A stretch of DNA of 64,000 bases from Octopus sinensis (Eukaryota), in contig NC_043014.1 of NCBI RefSeq assembly GCF_006345805.1, positions 44,206,001 through 44,270,000 on the forward strand, given 5' to 3'. Under the pieces are notes generated by a model. That model was not told the origin of the DNA. It was given only the letters and a program-made list of their open reading frames with translations, and searched no databases. Below, piece by piece: positions 50,088-64,000 of this stretch. Position numbers and translations under genes: made by a program. Numbering within the stretch: position 1 is the first letter of the stretch; every line of letters begins with the position of its first letter.

Positions 50088-50756
50088 TATATGTGTGTGT
50101 GTGCGCGCACGCAGGCCAAGTTTTCCGGTATACTGCACATAATTTTCCACTTCTGTTAATGGCTTGTAATTGTAATTTTCTAATTAGTTGTGTCTCTCTA
50201 CTCTTCGTTTCGTGAAGCTCGGCTTCTCCAGATTCCTACTGAAGCAGTCAGTTACATAACTAAAAATGCCCCAACAATCACAAACAGAAGTGTAAACTTA
50301 TAACCCGGATGTAATACCTGCAGATTACTCATTAGTTCTCCATTGCGCTCGTTGTTTCTTTTATCCTTAACATAATGTTAACGTCTAACGGATAAGATTC
50401 CTTTCTTAGTCCCCGATAATGATATATGGTCTGTTGAGCTTATAGTTTACAGATGTTATAATAGAAACATTCCACCAGTATTCTTTCATATTATCGTAGG
50501 TCAGTATGCCCTCCACGTCGCTGTAATGTTTTATATTTCGATCTTCACTACTATCCTTTCTACAAATTCCATTGCACTAGTGTTTTGGCCGCAAATATCA
50601 TGCCTCGTATATAGATAATATCGAAATATTTTCGAACTGCTACTTTTAATATAGGTTGTATCTTTGACGCTAGTTCTATGTAGTCTGCACCAGTTTTCAC
50701 ATTTAGCTGTTTCACCTGCATTACTGTCCCTTTTATTCATCAAGTATATTGTTAAT

Positions 50757-51065
50757 AGTGAAGGTGCATGGCTCAGTGGCTAGAGCGTCGAGCTTACGAT
50801 CATGAGGTTGTGAGCTCGAATCCCGGACCGAGCTGCGTGTTGTGTTCTTGAGGAAGACACTTTATTTCACGTTGCTCCAGTTCACTCAGCTGCAGAAATG
50901 AGTTGTGACGTCACTGGTGCCAAGCTGTATCAGCCGTTGCCTTTCCCTTGGATAACACTGGTGGCGTGGAGAGGGGAGGCTGGTATGCATGGGCGACTGC
51001 TGGTCTTCCATAAACAACCTTGCACGGACTTGTGCCTGGGAGGGTAACTTTTTAGGTGCAATCCC
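50757..51065 (+). mobile_element. tRNA-derived SINE (family F-related)
   Basis: GGCTCAGTGGCTAGAGCG...CTCGAATCCCGGACCG head; body related to 56828-57075. Confidence 0.7.
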
Positions 51066-51405
51066 ATAGATAGATAGATAGATAGCGATATAGATATGTA
51101 AAGCATAATATGTTATACATGTATGTATATTCTTGTAATTGTCATTTTAGTAAATAAATAAATAAATTGATATAATATAATGTTTAAAAGTTGAAGAACC
51201 ACCTATTGATTCCCTCCATTTTCTTATTGCTATATAAATTAATGGTAAAATAACTATTTACCCTCACCCATTTAATACACTAGGTAATGTAATTTCAATG
51301 CAATAAAAAACACTTGTGTATTAATAATTGGGTATTCTACCAGCAGTATATTGGATAGATATTATCCCTTAGTTGGTTGGATTCACAACCTCTAACTTAC
51401 TTGGA

Positions 51406-51452
<47 letters not shown>

Positions 51453-52036
51453 GCATATGTGGGCACAGGACGTCACGAAACTTGTACAACAAAAAGTACG
51501 AAGCACGAGTGCATGGAACTATTCTTTCGAACAACGAAAGACAGATGGAAAACAAAATATTCTGAGGAATGTGTGTGTGTGTAATCCAGTGGAACTGGTA
51601 AAATCCAGGCTACATATGTCTCTTCGCTAACTGATCCTCTGATGTAATAATTATTACACCAGAAGACCAACCACCTAAGAAACATATCTAAGTCCAATTA
51701 TGCCTGTTCCTCCCCCTCAATTTGATTTTTATTTGCATTCATTTAAACTCTTGTAGCTAACCGTGAGCGATACAGAAATTTTCAGTTATCGAAATTTCCT
51801 CGTAACGTCGATAAGGGTAAAAAGTGTGTAGCCTTCGACGCCAATAAACGGTTATTGTTCTTAACGGAATACTATACACTTTTTGTTTCCTCTGCCTGCC
51901 GCGAACTGCTTGAAGCTTACCAACTTCCTAAAATTGAATCCCTGGATATTACCCATATATATCGATATATAAATGTATGTATGTATTTATGAACATACAT
52001 CCATATATGTATATGTGTATATATATACATATATAT

Positions 52037-52097
<61 letters not shown>

Positions 52098-52359
52098 ATA
52101 ATATATATATGTATATATCCCGTACCACCGCTTGACAATCGTTGTAGGTGTATTCACGTCCCTGTAATTAAGCAATTCAGCAAAAAGGAAGTACTGGGTT
52201 CGGTTCGATCAACCAAAGTTTTTCAAGACGGTGCCCCAGCACGGCTGTAGTTTAACGAGCCAAACAAGAAAAAAATAAAAAAAAAGATCCGCACTGAAAA
52301 TAAAAAAAAAAATAAAATAAACAAGAAGAGAAAGACAGTAACCGCCTGAAGTCACGGGT

Positions 52360-52584
52360 TACTCTTTACTCTTTTACTCTTTTACTTGTTTCAGTCATTT
52401 GACTGCGGCCATGCTGGAGCACCGCCTTTAGTCGAGCAAATCGACCCGGGACTTATTCTTTGTAAGCCCAGTACTTATCTATCGGTCTCTTTTGCCGAAC
52501 CGCTAGGTGACGGGACGTAAACACACCAGCATTGGTTGTCAAGCAATGCTAGAGGGACAAACACAGACAAACATATACACGCAC

Positions 52585-52643
<59 letters not shown>

Positions 52644-52815
52644 ACACACATATACGACAGGCTTCTGTCAGTTTCCGTCTACCAAATCCACTCACAAGGT
52701 TTTGGTCGGCCCGAGGCTATAGCAGAAGACACTTGCCCAAGATGCCCCGCAGTGGGACTAAACCCGGAACCATGTGGTTGGTTAGCAAGCTACCTACCAC
52801 ACAGCCACTCCTGCG
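52360..52815 (-). mobile_element. SINE family A
   Basis: Full-length match. Confidence 0.85.
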
Positions 52816-54814
52816 TCTATCATATTTGATCATATTTCATTCTGTCCATTCCTCAACAGCTGAAACTGAATTATTTCCAAAGTCGACTGAGCCTTTCTAA
52901 TCCCTATAGTACCAGTTATGTTCTGGAGGAGTCGATTTAATCAAACTATAATCATAATATCTCCCACAATTATTTCTCCCTTTGCTTGTGTAAAAATAGT
53001 AAAATCCTTATCTGCAGTTTGTGTTTTAGGTAAACATGTACGTCGGTTGGCCAGTCTTAGGTGAATACATCATAACATCTTAACTATCTTCTGATCTGAC
53101 ATACGTAAAACAGATTAACAGTTCAGTGCCTAGCAACTTACCATTCCACAAGAGGCCAACTGATTTTGATCGGATTCCAAAACAATGAGTTCAGTGCATA
53201 ACTTTTTATTATGATTTTTTCCCCCTGTTTTCTTTTGCTTTTGCATTTGTAAATGTTTTGCTCTTTCTTAAGACACCAATCTAAACAGTTTGACTGGTTA
53301 CCATGTTGATTGTTATATAATAGAACTCTATCAGATGGAAGGTCACGTTTGTATTCACACAGTAGATGTAGATTAATGTTGATTTCTATATTTCTCTACC
53401 GCCCAAATCTCGCTTCTGCGAAGGGTGTTGCCTCGAATTTCACGGCATGATAACGTCGTATATGAAATTCTTTTCTTCCGTTTTCATCCCATTTTCTTGA
53501 TTCTCTTTTCTTTTATATCAATATGTGTGAGATTTGTTTTTCTTCCGGTAGAGTCAGGAAGTACAAACAGCATTGTGCATCTTCTAGGTCTTGTTCTGAA
53601 ATATAAATACATGTATTCTATAAAACACAGGCATATATAAAATTCAGGTACAATCATGGCTGTGTGACTTAGGAGTTCGCTTCTGGATCGAACCCAGACT
53701 CTCGTGATTCTGGAGTTAATGCTACTTCCCAGTACCTTAGTGATAATGGTGGTGGGCGTGCAAATGTCTTCTATAACTCAGGCTGATTTGACCAATATCT
53801 TGTGTGAGGAGATAGCCTTCAAAACCCTTTCTTCAAAACCTAGGGCAAAGGATTGTCAAAACCATTGGTGCGTCAGAAATAATGCCTTACATTCTGAGTT
53901 CAAATACCGCCGAGGTCGACTTTGCCTTTCGTCCTTTCAGGGTCGATAAATTAAGTACCAGTTACGCACTGGGGTCGATATAATCGACTTAAACTGTTTG
54001 TCTGTCCTTGTTTGTCCCCTCTATGTTTATCCCCTTGTGGGTAGTAAAGAAATAGGTATTGATTAAAGCCTCCCCTTAAATCTGCTGGCTTTGTGATTAT
54101 CACAAGTCATTGGTAGTAGTAACGTACTGTAACTATTTTCTTCCTGCCTTACTATCAATAACATGAGTCACCTCGAAAAAAGGAAGCATTCCCCTCCTTG
54201 GTCAAAATATAGCGCATTATCTCCCTTCAAAATTATTAACAAACATTTAAAATCAGTTCACGCAAATGTCTTCACAACTAGTCTCATGCGACACAGATTT
54301 GTGGTCTTTACTTCTATTACGCATGTTCTTCACCCATTACCTCCCTTTTAAGCACTCAATCACTCTCTCAATGATATACCGAGTATTGCATGTAGTTCGC
54401 TATGAAGTACATCAGAAGATCTCTGAGAAAACACACTGAGTTCTCAGTTCCGTTCTATTTATTCAAGCTGGTGTAAATGCTAAAACTTCAAAAGAAATCC
54501 AATTGGAAGCTTCTTCGTTGCAGATCTTTGCCTGCGGTGTTAAAACGTACGGGAAAGGAAAAAAATAAACGAACCTATGCTAGGAATCAAAACTTGATTG
54601 TTGTTGCAACATTCCGAGAGCTCAACAGAACTCTACGACGCTAGCCAATAATAATAATTCGTAAAGTGTACCTGTTTACAATTGGAGTAGGCTGATCCAG
54701 CGAGTGGTTAACGAGTATGATATTTCCATAAGGTCAAAGTGAAACATAGTTCAGCATGTAATCATTGCGATATAAGCTTTTATATATCATGTTGGTATAT
54801 ATATATTCATTAGA

Positions 54815-55050
54815 AGGCGGCGAGCTGGCAGAAACGTTAGCACGCCGGGCGAAATGCTTAGCAGTATTTCGTCTGCCGTTACGTTCTGAGTTCAAATTCC
54901 GCCGAGTTCGACTTTGCCTTTCATCCTTTCGGGGTCGATTAAATAAGTACCAGTTATTTATATTGACTGGGGTCGATAAAATCGACTTAATCCGTTTGTC
55001 TGTCCTTGTTTGTCCTCTTTGTGTTTAGCCCCTTGTGGGTCGTAAAGAAA
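54815..55050 (+). mobile_element. SINE family B
   Basis: Full-length match. Confidence 0.85.
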
Positions 55051-55242
55051 TACTATATTCATAAGGTCAGCGGTAAAGATGGCTTCCCAGTATATGCATC
55101 TAATTCGATCCTCAATTTTTTTTTCCAGTAGTCTAGGAGTTTTCTCATATAATAATCATTGAATTCAACCGGAATATATTCAATTGACTTATTCAGGCTG
55201 TACGAATCCGTACCAATGCTCACTGCACTGAGTATATAGTAT

Positions 55243-55601
55243 GTGGAAGCACTCCGTCGGGTACGACGATGAGGGTTCCGGTTGATCCGAATCAACGGAA
55301 CAGCCTGCTCGTGAAATTAACGTGTAAGTGGCTGAGCACTCCACAGACACGTGCACCCTTAACGTAGTTCTCGGGGATATTCAGCGTGACACAGAGAATG
55401 ACAAGGCCGGCCCTTTGAAATACAGGTACAACAGAAACAGGAAGTAAGAGTGAGAGAAAGTTGTGGTGAAAGAGTACAGCAGGGATCACCACCATCCCTG
55501 CCGGAGCCTCGTGGAGCTTTAGGTGTTTTCGCTCAATAAACACCCACAACGCCCGGTATGGGAATCGAAACCGCGATCCTACGACCGGGCCATTGCGCCT
55601 C
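55243..55601 (-). mobile_element. tRNA-derived SINE (family F-related) with ~22-bp TSD
   Basis: Flanking repeats CACTGCAC(T/A)GAGTATATAGTAT; GGTTTCGATTCCC box B. Confidence 0.75.
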
Positions 55602-55673
55602 CACTGCACAGAGTATATAGTATATCGACAGTAGCGCTGTTGCGCGAGTAGGGAACGAGAGGCGGTTCATACC

Positions 55674-56124
55674 TATTTCTTTATTACCCACAAGGGGCTA
55701 AACATAGAGTGGACAAACAAGGACAGACATAGGTATTAAGTCGATTACATCGACGCCAGTGCGTAACTGGTACTTAATTTATCGGCCCCGAAAGCATGAA
55801 AGGCAAAGTCGACCTCGGCGGAATTTGAACTCACAACGTTACGGCAGACGAAATACGGCTACGCATTTCGCCCGGCGTGCTAACGTTTCTTATTTCTTTA
55901 TTGCCCACAAGGGGCTAAACTTAGAGGGGACAAACAAGGACAGATATAGGTATTAAGTCGACTACATCGACCCCAGTGCGTAACTGGTACTTAATTTATC
56001 GACCCCGAAAGAATGAAAGGCAAAGTCGACCTCGGCGGAATTTGAACTCACAACGTAACGGCAGACGAAATACGGCTACGCATTTCGCCCGGCGTGCTAA
56101 CGTTTCTGCCAGCTCGCCGCCTTT
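55674..56124 (-). mobile_element. SINE family B, tandem dimer inside one 15-bp TSD
   Basis: TSD GAGGCGGTTCATACC at 55659-55673 and 56125-56139. Confidence 0.88.
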
Positions 56125-56313
56125 GAGGCGGTTCATACCGGATGACACTTGTATGGTGGGAGGAGTGGCACAATTCTGGTCCGCTGTACGAGCCTGTTCA
56201 GTCTTGAAGACCCGGGAAAGAATGCGGCAAATTCAAGGGCGACACACACTCTACATATGTCAGTGTATATGGATAAATCATAATTACGATTTGTGATTTA
56301 TAGATACACAAAG

Positions 56314-56739
56314 GGATCTTTTCGGTTTGAACGGCAATTTTTTCTAGCGGTGTCATATGAAATTGTCACTCTAGTATCGATCTATTGCATTTCAATCTGT
56401 TTTAGGGTTAGGGTTAGTTAGGGTTAGGGCTAGGGTTAGGGGTGGGGGAAAGGGTATCGTTTTTTCTTCACAAATGTAAATAAACCCAATCTGTTTCTTA
56501 AACGAGGGACATATTCATATGGCACAGAATGTTGTTTACCTCAATGGACGTCATTGATTGGTTGAAATTGCAGAAATTGAAGAAAAAAAACAACAAATAT
56601 CTTACAAACTATAGAATTTTCTCAATAAAGCCAAGAGAAAAAAATGTTTTATAAACACATTCTACCAGTATACGAAGTTTAAAATTTTTTAGTTACCTAG
56701 AAATTATGTTAAAAACTGCCGTTCAAACCGAAAAGATCC
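56314..56739. mobile_element. Merlin-like MITE with internal (TTAGGG)n tract
   Basis: TIR GGATCTTTTCGGTTTGAACGGCA; flanks ACACAAAG / ACACCAAG; telomere-like tract 56401-56441. Confidence 0.8.
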
Positions 56740-56827
56740 ACACCAAGTACAGTAGAGCACACTTCGTCTTCAAAACAAAGAAAGAAATATCACATTGATT
56801 ATTGACTCAAATACTTTATAGTAATCA

Positions 56828-57075
56828 ACCCGTGGCTTAGTGGTTAGGGTGTCAGCATCATGATCGTAAGATTGTGGTTTCGATTCCTGGACCGGGCGAC
56901 GCGTTGCGTTCCTGAGCAAAACACTTCAATTCACGTTGCTCCAGTCCACTCAGCCGGTAAAAATGAGTAACGCTGCGATGGACAGGCGTCCCGTCCAGCT
57001 AGGGAACACGTACGCCATTGAAACCGGGAAACCGGGCCCATGAGCCTGGCTAGGCTTTAAAAGGGCGCAAAAGAA
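56828..57075 (+). mobile_element. tRNA-derived SINE (family F-related)
   Basis: GGCTTAGTGGTTAGGG...GGTTTCGATTCCTGGACCGGGCG head; GGCGTCCCGTCCAG...GGAAACCGGGCCC body. Confidence 0.75.
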
Positions 57076-57493
57076 GAAGATAGTAATCAACTGAAAATAT
57101 TCCAAACCCTTTGTAAGGGCCATTAAATCAGAAAGAAAAGGAGGAAAACGATTGGGGAAAACTGAGAACCTAGTTAAATGCAGGCACTGAAAGGTATCCT
57201 CTAAGACTCTGACCTAATGACTACATCCCACCACATACAAACACATACACATACACACGCATACACGTATACATACACATATACACACACAATTAGATGT
57301 ATACACGAGTAATTAGAGTGTAACCGTATTAGTACATCTAAGAAAGAGAGAACTCAATAAGTTTCTAGAACATGCATGTAGTAAATAAAGGTTACACAAA
57401 TATGCGTATATATATACATAAATACGTACGAACATACACACATACACACACACATACTTTTCTTTATAATAAGCGCTGTTGTATGTATGTATA

Positions 57494-57532
<39 letters not shown>

Positions 57533-57545
57533 GATATATATATAT

Positions 57546-57624
<79 letters not shown>

Positions 57625-59005
57625 TGTATATAGGAAAAGAGAGGGAGAGAGAGAGAGAGATAGGTAGACAGACGGACAAGCAGGGAGATCTTCTGCACAC
57701 ATACCTAGCTAGTAGACGAACGGCGATGGCACGACGTTTCACTGAGATGATGAAACAACCAAGATTTGAGGCAATGCCAGACATCTATCTCCTTTTTTGT
57801 TCCACTCGTTTCGACTTTACCTGCTGCATTTCACTCGTGTCTTTGTTCTCTCTTTCTCTCTCCCCCCTCTCTCTCTCTCTCTCCCTCTCTCTCTCACACA
57901 CACACACACGCACACACACGCTCACACACACATGCACACATATACAATTCTCTCTCTCTCTCTTTCTCTCTTCACTTTTTCAAAAATATAACAGACAAAA
58001 ACGAAGACGACTGCTATTTGCATAAAACAGCTATATACAGAAGGATATATATATATACATTATACATGCATACATACATACATATATATAAATACATATA
58101 CACATATATACATATATTTGTATATGTGTATGTATATACATATATATATATATGTATATGTATATATATACATATATATATATACGTTTAAATATATATA
58201 TATTGTATACGTATATTTATATATATACATACAAAAACATATATACATATACATATGTGTGTGTGTGTATGTATGTATGTATATATAAACTAGCTCTTAA
58301 TGATAAACTGTACGAGGCCATAACTACAGGTTTCAATTTACAGAATGGAATTTGTAACAGTTATCCAGGTCACTGTCAACCATTTCCTTGTAAATATTAA
58401 TAAATTTGTACTTTACTAAAAATATAGTGTTATCCTTCAGCTTAATATTAAACTTATTTTTTTATTATTTACAACTTGACGATAAAACAGAATTATATAT
58501 ATCTATACACACACACACACACACACATTTTTTATCTTTTACTTGTTTCAGTCTGACTGCAGCTATGCTGGGTCACCGCCTTCAAGGGTTTTTAAGTCGA
58601 ACAAATCGACCCTATGAATTATTTTTGAAGGCCTAATACTTATCTGCTGGTCTCTTTTGCCGAGCCGCTAACTTGCAGAGAAGCAAACACACCAACACCG
58701 ATTGTCGATCAGTGGTGGGGAACAAACACAGATACAAAGACTTGTAATACAATATATATATATATGTGTGTGTATATATGAAATAAAAGAAGGAAAATGC
58801 ACACAGTTTACATAGTTTTGATATATTTTAAGTGAAAAAGTATTGTGGTTGTCGACCGGCTTCGGTTTCGCTAATCATGACATTAAAATTATTGTAATAA
58901 ATATATTTTTTTTGCATTGCAACTCACAACGTGGGGATAATCGAAATTGTCATCCTCCCTTTTTTACTCCCTCTTCTCTCTCTCTCCCTCTCTCTCTCTT
59001 TCTCC

Positions 59006-59060
<55 letters not shown>

Positions 59061-59285
59061 CATGTACATAAAAGCATACAGACATACGCGCACGCGTGCG
59101 CATAGATATAAACAGTGCCCTCACACAAACAACACATACATACATATATACATACATACATGCATACATACATACATACATACATACATACATACATACA
59201 TACAACATACATACATCTGAAATGTGTAAAAGCCTTAGTATGCTTTTCTTCTATTCCTTATTAATTAATGAATATGTACATATAT

Positions 59286-59637
59286 TCAGTCCCACTGCGT
59301 GGCACCTTGGGTAAGTGTCTTCTACTATAGCCTCGGGCCGACCAAGGCCTTGTGAGTGGATTTGTTAGACGGAAACTGAAAGAAGCCCGTCGTATATATG
59401 TACATATATGTGTGTTTGTGTGTGTGTGTTTGTATGTTTGTGTTTGTCCCCCTAGCATTGCTTGACAACCGATACTGGTGTGTTTACGTCCCCGTCACTT
59501 AGTGGTTCGGCAAAAGAGACCGATAGAATAAGTACTGAGCTTACAAAGAATAAGTCCCGGGGTCGATTTGCTCGACTAAAGGTGGTGCTCCAGCATGGCC
59601 GCAGTCAAATGACTGAAACAAGTAAAAGAGTAAAGAG
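59286..59637 (+). mobile_element. SINE family A, 5'-truncated
   Basis: Match from TTCAGTCCCACTGCG to tail. Confidence 0.8.
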
Positions 59638-59786
59638 TGTATATGTGTGTATGTGCGTACGTGTGTGTGTGCTTATGTATACATACGTATGTATGTGAAT
59701 GAGTCTGTCTTATATGTATGTGTGTGTGCATACTTATACGCCGTTTTGTATGAACTTGTACATACAAATATATTTAGATTTATAAG

Positions 59787-59789
<3 letters not shown>

Positions 59790-59847
<58 letters not shown>

Positions 59848-60445
59848 CATACATAGCACCCACATATAACATACATACATAATACCATACATACATACAT
59901 ATATACATACATACCTAATATATACATACATACATATATACATACATACATACATACATAAATATACATACATACATATATACATACAGACATATATAAT
60001 ACATACATACATACCACACACACATACATAATACAGACATACATACATACATACATAATACATACATACATACAACAACCTACATACATACCACACACAC
60101 ACACACATACATACTATACATACATACATACATACATACATAATATATACATACATACAAACATACATACATACAACATACACACATACATTACATACAT
60201 ACTACATACATCATACATACGTACATATACATACATACATACATCCATACATAATACATACATACATACATACATACATTACAACATACTACCATACCAC
60301 ACACACACAACACAGACATAATAATACATACATACCACACAATACATACATAATATAAATACATACACACATACATACATACATACATACACCATACATA
60401 CATACATACATAACATACATACATACATGCACAATCATATACAGC
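59790..60445. repeat. degenerate (TA)n/(TACA)n microsatellite
   Basis: Direct inspection. Confidence 0.95.
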
Positions 60446-61584
60446 CCACACACAAGCATGAGCTTATACATGCAAAAATATGCTGACAATTTTCCAAACT
60501 ACAGAGAGCCAGTCTCTTTTCTGGTCTTACGCTATTTATTTATCTATCTTTTCTGGTCTTTTTTCCTGATTTTGTTTTTACCTTCTTTTCTTCGGCTGGC
60601 TTCCTTGAAGCTGAATTTGCGGCTAAACGAGGAATCATTTCAAGACAGAGCCTCTTCAGCTATCCTTTTGGAAGTTGTCTGTAACGTACTGCTCCGGTTG
60701 CTATTTACTGCGGCTGGCTCGCATTTTATCGTCTGTTTTCTATTGTTATATTTTATATTATTTTTCATGATGAGCGCGCTTTGTTTTCTTATATTTGTAT
60801 CTGTTGGTTGTATTCAATATTAATCTTTTGCCTAACCAAAGTAAAATAACAGACTTATTGAGATTGCTGCAGTGTTGTGGTTACTGCTTCTGTTTATATA
60901 ACAATTCGCTCATTGTTATTCTTTTTCTTGTTCTTGATTTTGTTGCTGTTGTAGAGAATTTTCATGCAATAGGATATTGCATGAAATTAATTAGATACAG
61001 AGAAAATTCGGTTCTGAATTTCAGTGTCCAAGAGAAAGAGGAATATTGATAAGGATTTTACAAGTCTATGGAACATTGATAAGAATTTTGTAAATCCAGT
61101 ATCCAAGATACCCTTCAAGCTTCGTACCTATTGGGGTAACAGGACACATATCAACTCGTCTGGAGCAAAGTATAGCTTAACTTGGGGATCTTCAGGAGAT
61201 AATGCAAATCCTTAATTCATATGCTAGAAATGATCACGATATCTGGGGCTATAAAAATCTGCAAGACCTTCTTATTAGTTAAGGATGATGATTAAAACAA
61301 GATACTTTCCTTCACAACCTTGCAACGAAGTAGGCGACCGGCCAAAATTTACTCTAAAATTAAAAAGAGAAAGAGAAGAACATACATACATGATGATTGG
61401 CTCATCTTGTCATATGATAGCCGTCTCACAATCAGAAATGGTCCTAAGATACCAGGACGTCACTGGATTTAAGAAACAAAAGATTGTACAATACTTGCCG
61501 CGCTCTCAGTTGCCATAATAGGTTCCAGTGACAAGTATTCTTTTCTACCCAAGGCACAAGGACCTAAATTTCGGGGTAAAAAGC

Positions 61585-62165
61585 CAGTCGATTATATCTA
61601 CCCCAGTACGTAACTGGCACTTAATATATCGACCCCCGAAAGGATGACAGGCAAAGTCAACCTCAGCGGAATTTGCACTCAGAACGTAAAGACAGACGAA
61701 ATACCACTAAGCATTTCACCCGGCATGCTAACATTTCTTATTTCTTTATTGCCCACAAGGGGCCAAACATAGAGGGGGCAAACAAGGACAGACAAAGAAA
61801 TTAAGGCGATTACATCGACCCCAGTACGTAACTGGTACTTAATTTATCGACCCCGAAAGGATGAAAAGCAAAGTCAACCACGACGGAATTTGAACTCAGA
61901 ACGTAGCGACAGACGAAATACCTATTTCTTTAATATCCACAAGGGGCTAAACACAGAGAGGACAAACAAGGACAGACAAACGGATTAAGTCGATTATATC
62001 GACCCCAGTGCGTCCCTGGTACTTATTTAATCGACCCCAAAAGGACGAAAGGCAATTCTCAACTGGTAATTATTTTATCGAACCCGAAAGGATGAAAAGA
62101 AAAGTCGACCAAGGTGGAATTTGAACTCAGAACGTAGCGGCAGACGAAATACCGCTAAGCTTCCC
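61585..62165 (-). mobile_element. SINE family B, tandem array of about 4 partial units
   Basis: Repeated bodies with junctions ACATTTCT|TATTTC and GAAATAC|CTATTTC. Confidence 0.8.
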
Positions 62166-62615
62166 GAATCGTTAGCTCGCCGTACAAATTACTCAGCGGC
62201 GTTTCGTCTGTCTTTACGTTGTGAGTGGAAATTCCACCTTGGTCGACTTTTCTTTTCATCCTTTCGGGTTCGATAAAATAATTACCAGTTGAGAATTGGG
62301 GGTCGATGTAATCGATTTACCTCCACTCCCACCGAACTTGCCGGACTTTGTGCCAAAATTTGAAGGCAATGTTAAAATAATATCTAACTTCAATATTGAT
62401 ACTTGTAATTCCTTATGCATCCTGCATAACTATAGTTTATGTGAGAGCTTGTGTGCGTGCGCGCGCGCGTGTGTGTGTGTGTGTGTTGTGTGTGTGTGAG
62501 TGTTGTGTGTGTATGTGTGTGTGCATGTGTGTGTATTGTATGCGTATACGTTTGTGGACATTCATCAGGTTTTGTTGTTCCACAGGTGAGCCGCTGTTAT
62601 TGATAATCCAGATAT

Positions 62616-62672
<57 letters not shown>

Positions 62673-62687
62673 ACACACACACATATA

Positions 62688-62718
<31 letters not shown>

Positions 62719-63319
62719 ATATGCATATACACACGCACATGCATGTATATACATGTGTACAAATACACGATCTTATCTACGATAAATGTTATGAATGGCG
62801 TAGGATCCGGTTTCAAGGCTTTGAATGGATGAGTCGTAGATGCAACCGGGATATGACACACTCTCAAGTGATCGGGTTACTTATTACCGAGAGTTACGAC
62901 AGTAAAACCAAATGCTCTGCCAAAATATACAAATATACAAGGAAACACATGTACTGGAATGGAACTGGAGACATGGCCACATTTAACAGGCATCTCACAT
63001 CTTCCGAGGTATGCACAGAGTGTAAATAAATGAAACAAGTATGTAGTGGTTAGGGCAGCGGACTTGCGGTCGGAGGATCGCGGTTTCGATTCCCAGACCG
63101 GGCGTTGTGTGTGTTTATTGAGCGAAAAAAACACCTAAAAGCTCCACGAGGCTCCGGCAGGAGGTGGTGATCCCTGCTGTACTCTTTCACCACTCTAAAG
63201 GCGGTGCTCCAGCATGGCCGCAGTCAAATGACTGAAAGAAGTACAAAAAAAAAAAATTTTTTAAATATATACATACATACATACATACATACATACATAC
63301 ATACCTTATATATATATAG

Positions 63320-63755
63320 GAGTAGGCGTAGGAGTGGCTGTGTGGTAAGTAGCTTGCTTACGAACCATATTGTTCCGGGTTCAGTCCCACTGCGTGACAC
63401 CTTGGGCAAGTGTCTTCTACTATAGCCTCGGGCCGACCAAAGCCTTGTGAGTGGATTTGGTAGACGGAAACTAAAAGAAGCCCGTCGTATATATGTATAT
63501 ATATGTGTGTGTGCGTGTGTGTGTGTATGTGTGTTTGTGTGTGTGTTTGTGTGTCTGTGTTTGTTCCCCCAACATCGCTTGACAACCGATGCTGGTGTGT
63601 TTTCGTCCCCGTAACTTAGCGGTTCGGCATAGGGGACCGATAAAATAAGTACTAGGCTTACAAAGAATAAGTCCTGGGGTCGATTTGCTCGACTAAAGGC
63701 GCTACTCCAGCATGGCCACAGTCAAATAACTCAAACAAGTAAAAGAGTAAAAGAT
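63320..63755 (+). mobile_element. SINE family A
   Basis: Full-length match. Confidence 0.85.
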
Positions 63756-64000
63756 ATATATATATTTATACCAAGGTAAGCATAGTTAGCGTTTGTAGTA
63801 ACCGACTAAGGGATAATAGTATCCGTATATACTATCGGTATCAATTGCCTGTGTTATCTCAGGATATGGGTATGCAGGCACACTATGCTCATAGGGTATA
63901 ATTAACAACAGAATAAATATAAGTTTATCAGGAATCAAATTTAAATAATCAGAAAATGAAGAAAACTTTTGATCAACAAACAAATTGAAATCGGTTGATT

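Noticed and set aside
50230-50750. Coding-like remnant ending RPYIIIGD (endonuclease-like)
   Set aside because: Multiple stops and frameshifts and only one weak motif; cannot support an assignment
53380-53600. Exon-like segment after a strong acceptor (tttatatttcag) on the minus strand
   Set aside because: All three frames hit stops within about 40 codons

Overview
AT-rich, microsatellite-saturated eukaryotic genomic DNA. The SINE repertoire, the protostome-type U2 and the TTAGGG repeats point to an octopus/cephalopod genome (inference). There is one 100-N scaffold gap at 48305-48404. One complete protein-coding gene can be spliced by hand on the minus strand: 4 coding exons with phase-consistent GT-AG introns and 725 aa. 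It is a SMYD-family lysine methyltransferase with the unusual layout TPR repeats - split SET/MYND - post-SET - second C-terminal MYND finger. A full-length U2 snRNA gene (20161-20351) sits between two near-identical non-autonomous Helitrons. The rest is mobile DNA: at least three tRNA-derived/RTE-related SINE-like families, CR1-, Tx1/L1- and RTE/R4-like LINE remnants, and Tc1/mariner remnants. There are also piggyBac-, hAT- and Merlin-like MITEs (the last carrying internal TTAGGG tracts) and Penelope-type non-autonomous elements bearing minimal hammerhead ribozymes. A 1.3-kb 34-bp minisatellite has a monomer that is a piece of a local SINE. Most ORFs in the supplied track are microsatellite or antisense-TE artefacts.
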